A stretch of DNA of 64,000 nt from Minisyncoccales bacterium (GTDB lineage Bacteria > Patescibacteriota > Minisyncoccia > Minisyncoccales > Minisyncoccaceae). Position 1 is the first letter of the stretch; the number at the start of each line of letters is the position of its first letter. The notes under the pieces were generated by a model. It saw nothing but the letters and a program-made list of their open reading frames with translations, made no database searches and was not told the origin of the DNA. The stretch lies in assembly GCA_049302755.1 (NCBI GenBank), contig JBAQMK010000004.1, positions 36,392 to 100,391 of the forward strand, given 5' to 3'. Shown here piece by piece: positions 19,918 to 27,555 of the stretch. The translations under genes and the position numbers were made by a program.

Positions 19918-20568
19918 ATGAAAATAGATTTGCACTGCCATACTAAATATTCCTACGATGCTTCTTCGGATATAGAAAAGATAATCACTTACGCTAAAAA
20001 CGTTGGTTTAGACGGAATAGCCATTACTGACCACGAAAACACTAAAGGCTGGACAGAAGCTATTGAATTAGGAAAAAAACATAATTTTCTGATTATTCTT
20101 GGAGAAGAAATAAAAACAACCAAAGGAGATGTTTTGGGACTGTTTTTGAAACAACAAATTGACGGATACAAAAAAGACCCCCGCTGGGTTATGGAAGAGA
20201 TAAAAAAACAAGGAGGATTAGTAATTATCCCCCATCCTTTTCACGGAGCCGAAGGATTCAGAGATGACATCACTAAATATCTTGATTTGGTTGATGCGCT
20301 CGAAGTCTTCAACGGCAGAAAACCGGGAAAAAATCATGATGATAAAGCAATGGAATTCGCCAAACAACATAATTTGGGGATGACAGCTGGAGGCGATTCT
20401 CATTATTACAAAGGAATTGGATACACATATACCGAATTTGTCGGAAACACAATAGAAGAATTAAAACAAGCTATTTTAAACAAACAAACAAAAATCAATG
20501 GGAAAAAAGCTCCATTGATTTATATCGTAACTCCACTATTAGCTAAAATAAAGCTACTTAAAAATTAG
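19918..20568 (+). CDS. PHP-domain metal-dependent phosphoesterase
   Basis: 216 aa with N-terminal MKIDLHCHTKYS and later DHEN, IPHP and GGDSH metal-ligand motifs. Confidence 0.8.
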   Translation: MKIDLHCHTKYSYDASSDIEKIITYAKNVGLDGIAITDHENTKGWTEAIELGKKHNFLIILGEEIKTTKGDVLGLFLKQQIDGYKKDPRWVMEEIKKQGGLVIIPHPFHGAEGFRDDITKYLDLVDALEVFNGRKPGKNHDDKAMEFAKQHNLGMTAGGDSHYYKGIGYTYTEFVGNTIEELKQAILNKQTKINGKKAPLIYIVTPLLAKIKLLKN

Positions 20569-20581
20569 TTTAAATAAAAAA

Positions 20582-20605
20582 GGTGTAAGAATTTAATCCT
20601 ACACC
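20582..20605 (-). terminator. intrinsic terminator between convergent PHP and HAD genes
   Basis: Minus strand reads GGTGTA-12 nt loop-TACACC then TTTTTTATTT. The 5' arm overlaps the HAD stop codon. Confidence 0.55.
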
Positions 20606-21297
20606 ATAAGTCCGATCTTGCCGAAGCAGTATTCTGCCCACACAAGACAGACCGGTTTTCGAGAAACGATTGCCGCTCCGCTATCCAAGAAGATAGCATT
20701 TTTGTCCGTCGGAACATTCACTCCGAAGGTCATATCCGCAGGAAGACTCATGTCTCCGTAAGAATCACTCACGAAAACGATGACCGCTCCCGGAATATTC
20801 TCCTTAATCTTGGAGATATGGTCAATCTTTGACCCACTTTCCCGACCAAGAACCATATAGACATCATTTCCGGTTTTCTTCACCCACTCGTTAATGATAC
20901 TTTCTTCGGTGGAAGAAGAAATGACCTGAATGATGTTCGGATGATTCCGAAGCCTTTTGATAACCTTTGCTACCTGGGGGAACTCTTTCGGATTCTTGTA
21001 GACATAGGTCATCTTTCTTTCATGATATTCCTTAATACAAGCCTCTCTTTGAAGAGACGTTGATTTAGGAAATATCTTTTCCAGTTGGCAGTCGAAAGGA
21101 ATGCCGGCTGTGTTCAGATACTCTTCTCTTGCTTCAGGAATACTCATTCCAAAGTGCGTGTTAATACATGCTCCCGCAAGATCAGCGTGAGCCGGCATAG
21201 TATCCGCAACGGTACCATCATAGTCGTACATTACAACCACTTTGGTTATCGGTCTTACCCTGAAGATTTTTTTCTGAATAACAATACAGTCTTTCAC
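20599..21297 (-). CDS. HAD-superfamily phosphatase/hydrolase, GC-elevated cassette
   Basis: Has DxDGT motif (VVVMYDYDGTVAD) and later SDSYGD. The 21297 start is GTG preceded by GAAGG. An internal GTG at 21240 is also possible. Spot GC is 50% at 20701-20760. Confidence 0.7.
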   Translation of the reverse strand: MKDCIVIQKKIFRVRPITKVVVMYDYDGTVADTMPAHADLAGACINTHFGMSIPEAREEYLNTAGIPFDCQLEKIFPKSTSLQREACIKEYHERKMTYVYKNPKEFPQVAKVIKRLRNHPNIIQVISSSTEESIINEWVKKTGNDVYMVLGRESGSKIDHISKIKENIPGAVIVFVSDSYGDMSLPADMTFGVNVPTDKNAIFLDSGAAIVSRKPVCLVWAEYCFGKIGLMV

Positions 21298-21342
21298 TTC
21301 TTCGCCTTCTTAAGTTTTTCACATAATAAATGTGCTACGTAT

Positions 21343-21371
21343 ACTATAATTAATTTAAATCATTTTGTCAA
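21343..21371 (-). promoter_or_regulatory. sigma70-like promoter for the HAD gene
   Basis: Minus strand reads TTGACA-17 nt-TATAGT. Confidence 0.5.
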
Positions 21372-21381
21372 TATAACAAAA

Positions 21382-21399
21382 CACCCCCTTTCGAGGGTG
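21382..21399 (-). terminator. intrinsic terminator after the CDP-alcohol phosphatidyltransferase gene
   Basis: CACCC/GGGTG stem followed on the minus strand by TTTTGTTAT. T-runs are present on both strands. Confidence 0.55.
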
Positions 21400-21416
21400 C
21401 TTTTTTTACTTTTTTA

Positions 21417-22019
21417 CTATTTGTTTATCGAAATCGCCGAATGAAATCTTTGAATCGCAGTGAAGTTTGATGATACGGCAATTATCGCTATCACGTAAGT
21501 CATGTATAAATAATTCGGATACATGACTCCTAGAATCAAAGCGACAAAAATTAAAATTAATCTCTCTCCTCTTGATAATAATCCTCCTTTTAATTCTTGA
21601 TTAACTAAATCTTTTTCTTTAGCTGCCGCTTTAACGTAAGTTGTAACTACTGAACCGAAAATTGCTAAATAGACCCAGGCATATCCGGGAATAAAAACAG
21701 TCGGAAGGCTTAAGAACAGCATTCCAAAGAATACTATCCCCTCAACGTATCTATCAAAAACAGTATCCAAATATGCTCCAACCTTACTCGACATATTTTT
21801 TGCCCTCGCCACTGCCCCATCAACAAAATCCAATCCTCCGGCAATTAAAAAGAATATAATCGCTAAAATTAAATTTTCCTGAATCATATACCACAATCCA
21901 ATTAAAGCAAAAACTCCGGAAAGATATGTATATTGATTGGGAGTTAAAGGTAAAGCACCAAAAATCTTACCAACTAATTTTTCCAAATCCTTAAACCAAT
22001 GTCTTTTTGTGTCTAACAT
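21417..22019 (-). CDS. CDP-alcohol phosphatidyltransferase (candidate phosphatidylinositol-phosphate synthase)
   Basis: 200 aa, polytopic, with full signature DFVDGAVAR-x8-G-x3-D-x3-D (DFVDGAVARAKNMSSKVGAYLDTVFDR). Lies downstream of ino1. Confidence 0.85.
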   Translation of the reverse strand: MLDTKRHWFKDLEKLVGKIFGALPLTPNQYTYLSGVFALIGLWYMIQENLILAIIFFLIAGGLDFVDGAVARAKNMSSKVGAYLDTVFDRYVEGIVFFGMLFLSLPTVFIPGYAWVYLAIFGSVVTTYVKAAAKEKDLVNQELKGGLLSRGERLILIFVALILGVMYPNYLYMTYVIAIIAVSSNFTAIQRFHSAISINK

Positions 22020-22061
22020 TTTAATAAATAATTATATTAAACTAAAACAGCTAAAAAGCTG

Positions 22062-22361
22062 TTATAGTTTCTGTATTAAATCTGAAGAATAACTCTTCAT
22101 CGCTTCCAATTCTTTTTTTCCTTTTTCGGTGATTTTGTAAGCCTTCTTTCCGGCTAATTTTTCTCTGCTTACATATCCGTCGTTCTTCAATCTAAATAAA
22201 ACACTTTTAACCATTAACTCATTAGGAAGAAAACCGAACTTTTCAAAAATCAATCTTGAAACATCTTCTTCTTGAATTTCAGCTTCTTTTCCGAGTGAAA
22301 GAATGTATGTCCAAATATTTCCCTCGGTCACTGAATTGATGAATCTTTTAATTGGTTCCAT
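22062..22361 (-). CDS. PadR-like winged-helix transcriptional regulator
   Basis: 99 aa with ...FRLKNDGYVSREKLAGKKAYKITEKGKKEL, typical of short PadR proteins. Confidence 0.7.
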   Translation of the reverse strand: MEPIKRFINSVTEGNIWTYILSLGKEAEIQEEDVSRLIFEKFGFLPNELMVKSVLFRLKNDGYVSREKLAGKKAYKITEKGKKELEAMKSYSSDLIQKL

Positions 22362-22380
22362 AGTTTTTTATTTTATTGTA

Positions 22381-23523
22381 TTATCTTTCTCTTTTGTTGG
22401 CAATGAATTCTTCAATCATTTCCCTGGCTTTCTCATCGGTAAACTGAGTCATCGGATGTTTCATGAAGTAAGCCGAAGAAGATAATAAGGTACCGCCGAT
22501 TCCCCTGTCCAAACCGATCTTCAATAACCTGATAGCATCGATAACACAACCGGCTGAGTTGGGAGAATCTTCAACTGACAATCTTAATTCCAATTCAATC
22601 GGAACGTTGCCGAACTTTCTTCCTTCCATACGAATAAAGCAAACTTTATTATCCTTTAAGAAAGGAACCCAGTCTGACGGACCGACGTGTAAATTGTCAT
22701 AGCTTAATCTTTTGGCTAATTGAGATTCAACTGCCTCGGTCTTTGATAATTTTTTAGATTTCAATCTGTTCTTTTCAAGCATGTTTAAGAAATCTGTGTT
22801 TCCGCCGACATTCAATTGATATGATCGGTCGATAGTTACACCTCTCTCGGCAAACAAGTGAGACAAAACTCGGTGAGTGATGGTTGCTCCGATTTGTGAT
22901 TTAATATCGTCTCCGATACAAGGAATTCCCTTGTCTCTGAATTTCTTTTCCCATTTAGCATCAGAACAAATGAAAATCGGCATACAGTTAACAAGAGCAA
23001 CGCCAGCGTCCAAAGCTGCTTGAGCATAATATTCAACTGCTTTTTGCGAACCGACCGGCATGTAGTTAACCAAAACATCGGCTTTTGTTCTCTTTAGTTC
23101 TTCAACAATATCAACCGGCTTCTTGTCTGAAGGCAAGAAAGTCTGGTCATCGGGATAATTCTTCATGTGGTCAGCAACTCCGTCTAATATTTTTCCCATC
23201 TTCACTGTAACTCCGGTCTTGGGAATATCGCTGCAAAATATTTTTGTACAATTCGGCTTTTCAAATATCGCCTCGGAAACATCTTTTCCCACCTTTCTTT
23301 TATCAATATCGAAACAAGCGACAATTTTAATATCCGATATCTTGTATCCTCCTAAAATGTTGTGCATCAAGCCAGGAACTATTTCATCATCATCTTTGAC
23401 GTTCTTGTAGTAATAAATTCCCTGAACTAAAGAACTGGCGCAGTTGCCTAGCCCGGCAATCGCAATCCTGATTTCCTTTTTATTTCCCGAAGCCTTAACT
23501 GACTTCACTGATTTTTTTGCCAT
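22381..23523 (-). CDS. ino1: myo-inositol-1-phosphate synthase
   Basis: 380 aa with NAD-binding IAIAGLGNCASSLVQG, plus NVGGNTDF and SKKLSKTEAV motifs. Confidence 0.9.
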   Translation of the reverse strand: MAKKSVKSVKASGNKKEIRIAIAGLGNCASSLVQGIYYYKNVKDDDEIVPGLMHNILGGYKISDIKIVACFDIDKRKVGKDVSEAIFEKPNCTKIFCSDIPKTGVTVKMGKILDGVADHMKNYPDDQTFLPSDKKPVDIVEELKRTKADVLVNYMPVGSQKAVEYYAQAALDAGVALVNCMPIFICSDAKWEKKFRDKGIPCIGDDIKSQIGATITHRVLSHLFAERGVTIDRSYQLNVGGNTDFLNMLEKNRLKSKKLSKTEAVESQLAKRLSYDNLHVGPSDWVPFLKDNKVCFIRMEGRKFGNVPIELELRLSVEDSPNSAGCVIDAIRLLKIGLDRGIGGTLLSSSAYFMKHPMTQFTDEKAREMIEEFIANKRER

Positions 23524-23562
23524 ATTTGATAAAAACTATTATAATTAATTATATATACCTGT

Positions 23563-23590
23563 ATTTTACACCGGTAAAATAGTTTGTCAA
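23563..23590 (-). promoter_or_regulatory. sigma70-like promoter for the ino1 operon
   Basis: Minus strand reads TTGACA-16 nt-TAAAAT. The -35 sits 10 nt from the divergent PadR start codon. Confidence 0.5.
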
Positions 23591-23599
23591 TATATATTT

Positions 23600-23902
23600 A
23601 TGACTCCTTTTGAAAGACTAACCAAATCAAACACCAAAGAAAATCTTTGGATCTATATCTTAGCCACCCTAAAAAAGCATTCTAACTATGCCTGGGATTT
23701 GCATTCTTCAATTGAAAAAGATTTCGGCTTCAAGCCGGGCAATATTACTCCCTATCGCGTCCTTTATCGATTAGAAGAACAAGGTTTTGTTAAAAGCGAA
23801 GCCGAAGAAAGGAGAAGGGTTTACAAAATCACCGAAATGGGCGAAAAGGAATTAGACAAGGTAAAAGACTTCTATTCGGAAGTCTTAAAAAAGATAAGCT
23901 AA
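23600..23902 (+). CDS. PadR-like winged-helix transcriptional regulator
   Basis: 100 aa with YRVLYRLEEQGFVKSEAEERRRVYKITEMGEKEL. Paralogue of 22062-22361. Confidence 0.7.
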   Translation: MTPFERLTKSNTKENLWIYILATLKKHSNYAWDLHSSIEKDFGFKPGNITPYRVLYRLEEQGFVKSEAEERRRVYKITEMGEKELDKVKDFYSEVLKKIS

Positions 23903-23904
23903 GT

Positions 23905-24348
23905 ATGGAAAAAGAGAAAAAAACAAAAGAAGAAAAAGAGACCGACATCCAGCAAATCGTCAATCATTTTTTCTATACCAAGGGCTTCTCTCTTGACGAA
24001 ATCAAAGAATCAGCTAAAAAGAAGAAGATAATCTATTCTAGGTTTACCAGGCCGGGCAAGGAATTGCTTGATTTGGCCGGTTCGGTAGAAAAAGCCAAAG
24101 AAGCGATGACGACGGTTGCTAATTGGGCCAAATCCCGTAATCTTGATTATTCAATCGAAACGGTTTTCAAGAAATGGTTGGAATTGGGAAAACTGAAACC
24201 TAAGGAAATCGTTAAGAAACCTTATTATCGAAACCAGCCCATGATTTGGTCACAAACCAAAAGAAAATGGTATGTCATCGATGATGGAGGAGAATGGCTT
24301 GAATATGCCGACAAAGAAAACAAGATTGAATGGAGAATCGAAAAATAA
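23905..24348 (+). CDS. hypothetical protein
   Basis: 147 aa, Lys/Glu-rich, no motif recognised. Starts 2 nt after the PadR stop and lies upstream of efp. Confidence 0.5.
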   Translation: MEKEKKTKEEKETDIQQIVNHFFYTKGFSLDEIKESAKKKKIIYSRFTRPGKELLDLAGSVEKAKEAMTTVANWAKSRNLDYSIETVFKKWLELGKLKPKEIVKKPYYRNQPMIWSQTKRKWYVIDDGGEWLEYADKENKIEWRIEK

Positions 24349-24366
24349 TAAATTAAAAATAAAAAA

Positions 24367-24927
24367 ATGTTGTCATACGCAGAATTAAACAGAGGAGTAA
24401 TTATTGTTATCAATGATCAGCCTTACGAAATAGTCGAAGCCTTGAATACATTTAAAGGCAGGGGTCATTCTTATCTTCAAATGAAATTAAGAAACTTAAT
24501 AAACGGCGCTGTTATTTCAAAAACAGCTCAACCAAGAGACACCTTTGAAGAAGCTGATGTTGAAGAAAAGGAAGCTAAATTCATTTTTGGAAATAAAGGA
24601 AAATATACTTTTAGCGATATTAAAGGTAAAAGATTCGAATTAACTGAAGAGCAAGTCGGAGAAAAAGCTAAATTCCTCAAAGCTAATGAAGAGGTAAAGA
24701 CTATTCTTTTTGATGACAAAATTATTAATGTAATTATTCCCATCAAAGTCCAATTAAAAGTTACTGAAGTTCCGCCGGGAGTAAAAGGAGATCGAGCTCA
24801 ATCGGGAACCAAATTAGTAACCTTGGAAACCGGAGCAAAGATAGACGCTCCTTTGTTTGTAAATGAAGACGATGTGATTGAAATAAATACCGAAAGCTCA
24901 ACCTACGTCAGAAGAGTGAATGAATAA
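24367..24927 (+). CDS. efp: elongation factor P
   Basis: 186 aa. Colinear with E. coli EF-P from memory. The loop reads FKGRGHS, with Arg at the position of E. coli K34. Confidence 0.92.
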   Translation: MLSYAELNRGVIIVINDQPYEIVEALNTFKGRGHSYLQMKLRNLINGAVISKTAQPRDTFEEADVEEKEAKFIFGNKGKYTFSDIKGKRFELTEEQVGEKAKFLKANEEVKTILFDDKIINVIIPIKVQLKVTEVPPGVKGDRAQSGTKLVTLETGAKIDAPLFVNEDDVIEINTESSTYVRRVNE

Positions 24928-24932
24928 CAAAA

Positions 24933-24951
24933 CCGCCGATCATCTCGGCGG
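24933..24951. terminator. bidirectional intrinsic terminator between efp and the FTR-like gene
   Basis: CCGCCGA-TCATC-TCGGCGG with a T-run on both strands. The plus-strand T-run overlaps the FTR-like stop codon. Confidence 0.8.
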
Positions 24952-24957
24952 CTTTTT

Positions 24958-25227
24958 TTATTTTACAAATAAATTACAAAGACAGTGTCCGTCTTTTGCA
25001 ACTTCGTCCTCGTGATAAATGCAAGGACAAATTATCTTTTTATCCTCTTCCTTATCCCCCGTTACTTTTCGGCAAGGACAATATATTTCTCCGAACTTTT
25101 CTTTACGCATTAATAATCCTTTAACTAACCCTAAAACAATAGCATCGTTGGGATTAAGCTTGAATCCTTTGCTCTTAGCATGCTCATCGCTTTTTTTTGT
25201 TAATTCTTCAATATCTTTTTCTTCCAT
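24958..25227 (-). CDS. ferredoxin:thioredoxin reductase catalytic-subunit-like protein
   Basis: 89 aa with CPC...CPC...HCLC, six Cys in the FTR-beta arrangement. Starts 1 nt after the trx stop. Confidence 0.75.
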   Translation of the reverse strand: MEEKDIEELTKKSDEHAKSKGFKLNPNDAIVLGLVKGLLMRKEKFGEIYCPCRKVTGDKEEDKKIICPCIYHEDEVAKDGHCLCNLFVK

Positions 25228-25228
25228 A

Positions 25229-25543
25229 TTAAATTTTTGAATTTATCCAGTTCTTAATTTCTTCTTCCTGTTTTAAACCGACAAATTTATCTTTAACTTC
25301 CCCGTTGATAAACAAAACAACGGTAGGAATCCTATCAACTCCGAACATGTCTCCAGTTTTAGGATTCTTATCCAAATCCATCTTATAGAAATCTACTTTA
25401 CCGGCATATTCTTCCGAAAGCTTTTCGATAATCGGTCCCAACATTTTGCAAGGAGGACACCATTCGGTAAAAATATCTACCAAGACCGGTTTGTCATTGC
25501 TTTTTACCGCTGATTCAAAAGTATCATCTGTTAAAATATTCAT
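25229..25543 (-). CDS. trxA: thioredoxin
   Basis: WCPPC active site. I prefer ATG 25541-25543 (MNILTDDTFESAV...), giving about 104 aa. The track extension would run through the promoter and the HNH gene 3' end. Confidence 0.88.
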   Translation of the reverse strand: MNILTDDTFESAVKSNDKPVLVDIFTEWCPPCKMLGPIIEKLSEEYAGKVDFYKMDLDKNPKTGDMFGVDRIPTVVLFINGEVKDKFVGLKQEEEIKNWINSKI

Positions 25544-25570
25544 CTTTTTGTCTATTATTTTTATAACCAT

Positions 25571-25599
25571 ATTATACATGGAAATAAAAAAAGGGGCAA
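25571..25599 (-). promoter_or_regulatory. sigma70-like promoter for the trx-FTR operon
   Basis: Minus strand reads TTGCCC-17 nt-TATAAT. Confidence 0.45.
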
Positions 25600-26040
25600 T
25601 TAATTTTGCTCTTTTTTCCCTCCGCGGTCTCCCACAGATACAGCTTTTGTCCGGATTCTTTTTTCCAGCCAAGGATTGATATTTTTCTCGTTAAGTTTTC
25701 TAAATCCTTGAAGGACGATTTCCATGATTTCTTCCGTGGAAATTTCTTTTCCGCTCAAAGTACCTTTATTTATTTTGCGATAGCAATAGATAAAGGCTCT
25801 GAGTATCGCATTTTCCATTTCTCGAATAAGTACTTCGATTTTATCATGGCAATCCCTACAGACGTAAACAATGATTTTATTGTTTCCGAACACGGCTCGC
25901 TTGTATACGTGGTGTTCCGATAAGGCAATGTTTTCTTTTTTACAGATTGGACATCTTCCTATCTTGAAAAAATGGTAACCATTTCCGTTCCCATTTCCAT
26001 TGCCATTGTTCCCATTACGTTTCTTTCCGTTTCTAGTCAA
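25600..26040 (-). CDS. small HNH-endonuclease-like zinc-ribbon protein with N-terminal Asn-Gly repeat
   Basis: 146 aa. TTG start preceded by GGAGGA at 6-nt spacing. The CPICKK...SEHHV...NN...CRDCHDKI layout matches HNH. Confidence 0.55.
   Translation of the reverse strand: MTRNGKKRNGNNGNGNGNGNGYHFFKIGRCPICKKENIALSEHHVYKRAVFGNNKIIVYVCRDCHDKIEVLIREMENAILRAFIYCYRKINKGTLSGKEISTEEIMEIVLQGFRKLNEKNINPWLEKRIRTKAVSVGDRGGKKEQN
25978..26016 (-). repeat. imperfect (AAY-GGN) hexanucleotide repeat encoding NGNNGNGNGNGNG
   Basis: Read directly: AAT GGG AAC AAT GGC AAT GGA AAT GGG AAC GGA AAT GGT. Confidence 0.7.
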
Positions 26041-26099
26041 ACTAAATCCTCCAAAATTAATAAATGTAATGGAACCTGAATTATCAAGATTCCAAGTAT

Positions 26100-26128
26100 A
26101 ATTTAAACCCTTAAGAAGGATATGTCAA
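26100..26128 (-). promoter_or_regulatory. sigma70-like promoter for the HNH-like gene
   Basis: Minus strand reads TTGACA-17 nt-TAAATT, immediately after the xseB stop. Confidence 0.4.
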
Positions 26129-26129
26129 A

Positions 26130-26330
26130 CTACTCCTTTTCTATATCCTTTTTAATCTCCTCAAACTCATTTTCAATCTCTTTAAATTGTTTCTTAGCTT
26201 CTTTGATGATTCCAGCTGCTTCCTTCACCTTTTCAAGACCTTCTTCAACATCAACCTCCTCCTGTTTTTCAAACCACTCGGCAATTAAAGATAACTTTTT
26301 AAGACTTTGGTTAAGATTTTTTTCCTTCAT
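26130..26330 (-). CDS. xseB: exodeoxyribonuclease VII small subunit
   Basis: 66 aa, helical and acidic, with LKKLSLIAEWFEKQEEVDVEEGLEK. Overlaps the xseA 3' end. Confidence 0.75.
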   Translation of the reverse strand: MKEKNLNQSLKKLSLIAEWFEKQEEVDVEEGLEKVKEAAGIIKEAKKQFKEIENEFEEIKKDIEKE

Positions 26331-27546
26331 TTTTTTGTATTTTTTTAATCTGCGTATTAATTATTCCGTTAAATACTTTTAAATCAATAATGTCTTCGAC
26401 TTTCACATCATTGATGTTTTTAATCACTCCTTTTTTGTTTGTCGCGATGCAGTATCCTAATTTCAAATTCCTTTCCGGGTCGTTTTGATTAATTATCTTC
26501 TCAATGTTCTCTAATTTATCTCTCATTTTATCAATTTCATTCTCAAGAATTTTAGGAATCACCGACTTAATCCTGTATTCAATCATTTTAAATAAAGAAA
26601 TTACTTTCTCTAATTTATCTTTTATCTTTAAAAATAAATTATTGATTCTGTATTTCGAACTTCTCAAAGAAGAAGAAAAAGAATTGAAGATTTCCCTTTC
26701 TCTGGCTTTTAATTCCGACTCTGCTTCCTGCCAGGATTGATTCAAAAGGTTCGCCGCCGCAGTCGGAGTCGAAACCATCTTGTCGGCTGCCAAAGCTAAT
26801 AACGGCACATCCTTGTCGTGGCCAATGGCTGCAATTACCGGAAAAGGAAGACTATTGACTTCCCTTATCAATACCTCATTATTAAAGGCTAAAAACGACT
26901 CCAGAGAGCCTCCGCCACGCATAATGACAAGAACATCAATATCAGCCTTCTTTATCGTCTTAACACTGTTTAAGAGGTCCTTGACCGCCTCCAATCCTTC
27001 GACTCGGGAGTCGATAAACTTGATTTGGAAACCGAATCTTCCCAAATTGTTCAAGAAATCGGAAATAACCGCTCCCTGCTTAGAAGTAATGATCCCCACT
27101 CTTTTAACAAAAGAAGGAATTTCTTTCTTTTTTTCCAAATCAAATAATCCCTCGTCTTCTAATTTTTTCTTTAATTTCTCGTATTCCTTTTTCAGTTCTC
27201 CCTCACCCATCAACTGGATTGTTTTCGCCTTGAAGCTTAGTCTTCCGGTTGGAGGATAAACATCGGGAATTCCTCTAGCGGTAATTTCTAATCCTTCTTT
27301 CAATTCCACTCCGCATAATCTGTAATCGTTATTCCAAATAACGCAAGACAAAACACTTTTGTCTTTTTTGTCTTTCAAAGAAAAATAAACATGCCCGACC
27401 GAGCTGATTTTAACTTCCGAAACTTCTCCTACTATTCTGGCTTCAAAAGAATTAAGGATTCCGTTCAATAATTTAAGATAAGCGGAAATAGAAAGAATAT
27501 TATTCTCCAAAAGTTCTTTTACCGCTGATTTGCCTTTTTGTTCCAT
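26311..27546 (-). CDS. xseA: exodeoxyribonuclease VII large subunit
   Basis: 411 aa with N-terminal OB fold (VGEVSEVKISSVGHVYFSLKD), catalytic core (RGGGSLE, AIGHD) and a C-terminal coiled coil. Confidence 0.9.
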   Translation of the reverse strand: MEQKGKSAVKELLENNILSISAYLKLLNGILNSFEARIVGEVSEVKISSVGHVYFSLKDKKDKSVLSCVIWNNDYRLCGVELKEGLEITARGIPDVYPPTGRLSFKAKTIQLMGEGELKKEYEKLKKKLEDEGLFDLEKKKEIPSFVKRVGIITSKQGAVISDFLNNLGRFGFQIKFIDSRVEGLEAVKDLLNSVKTIKKADIDVLVIMRGGGSLESFLAFNNEVLIREVNSLPFPVIAAIGHDKDVPLLALAADKMVSTPTAAANLLNQSWQEAESELKAREREIFNSFSSSLRSSKYRINNLFLKIKDKLEKVISLFKMIEYRIKSVIPKILENEIDKMRDKLENIEKIINQNDPERNLKLGYCIATNKKGVIKNINDVKVEDIIDLKVFNGIINTQIKKIQKNEGKKS

Positions 27547-27555
27547 AAACTCCTC

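Noticed and set aside
25544-25672. N-terminal extension of the thioredoxin ORF (track start 25672).
   Set aside because: It would run through the TTGCCC-17-TATAAT promoter and overlap the HNH-like gene. Starting at 25543 gives a canonical ~104-aa thioredoxin.
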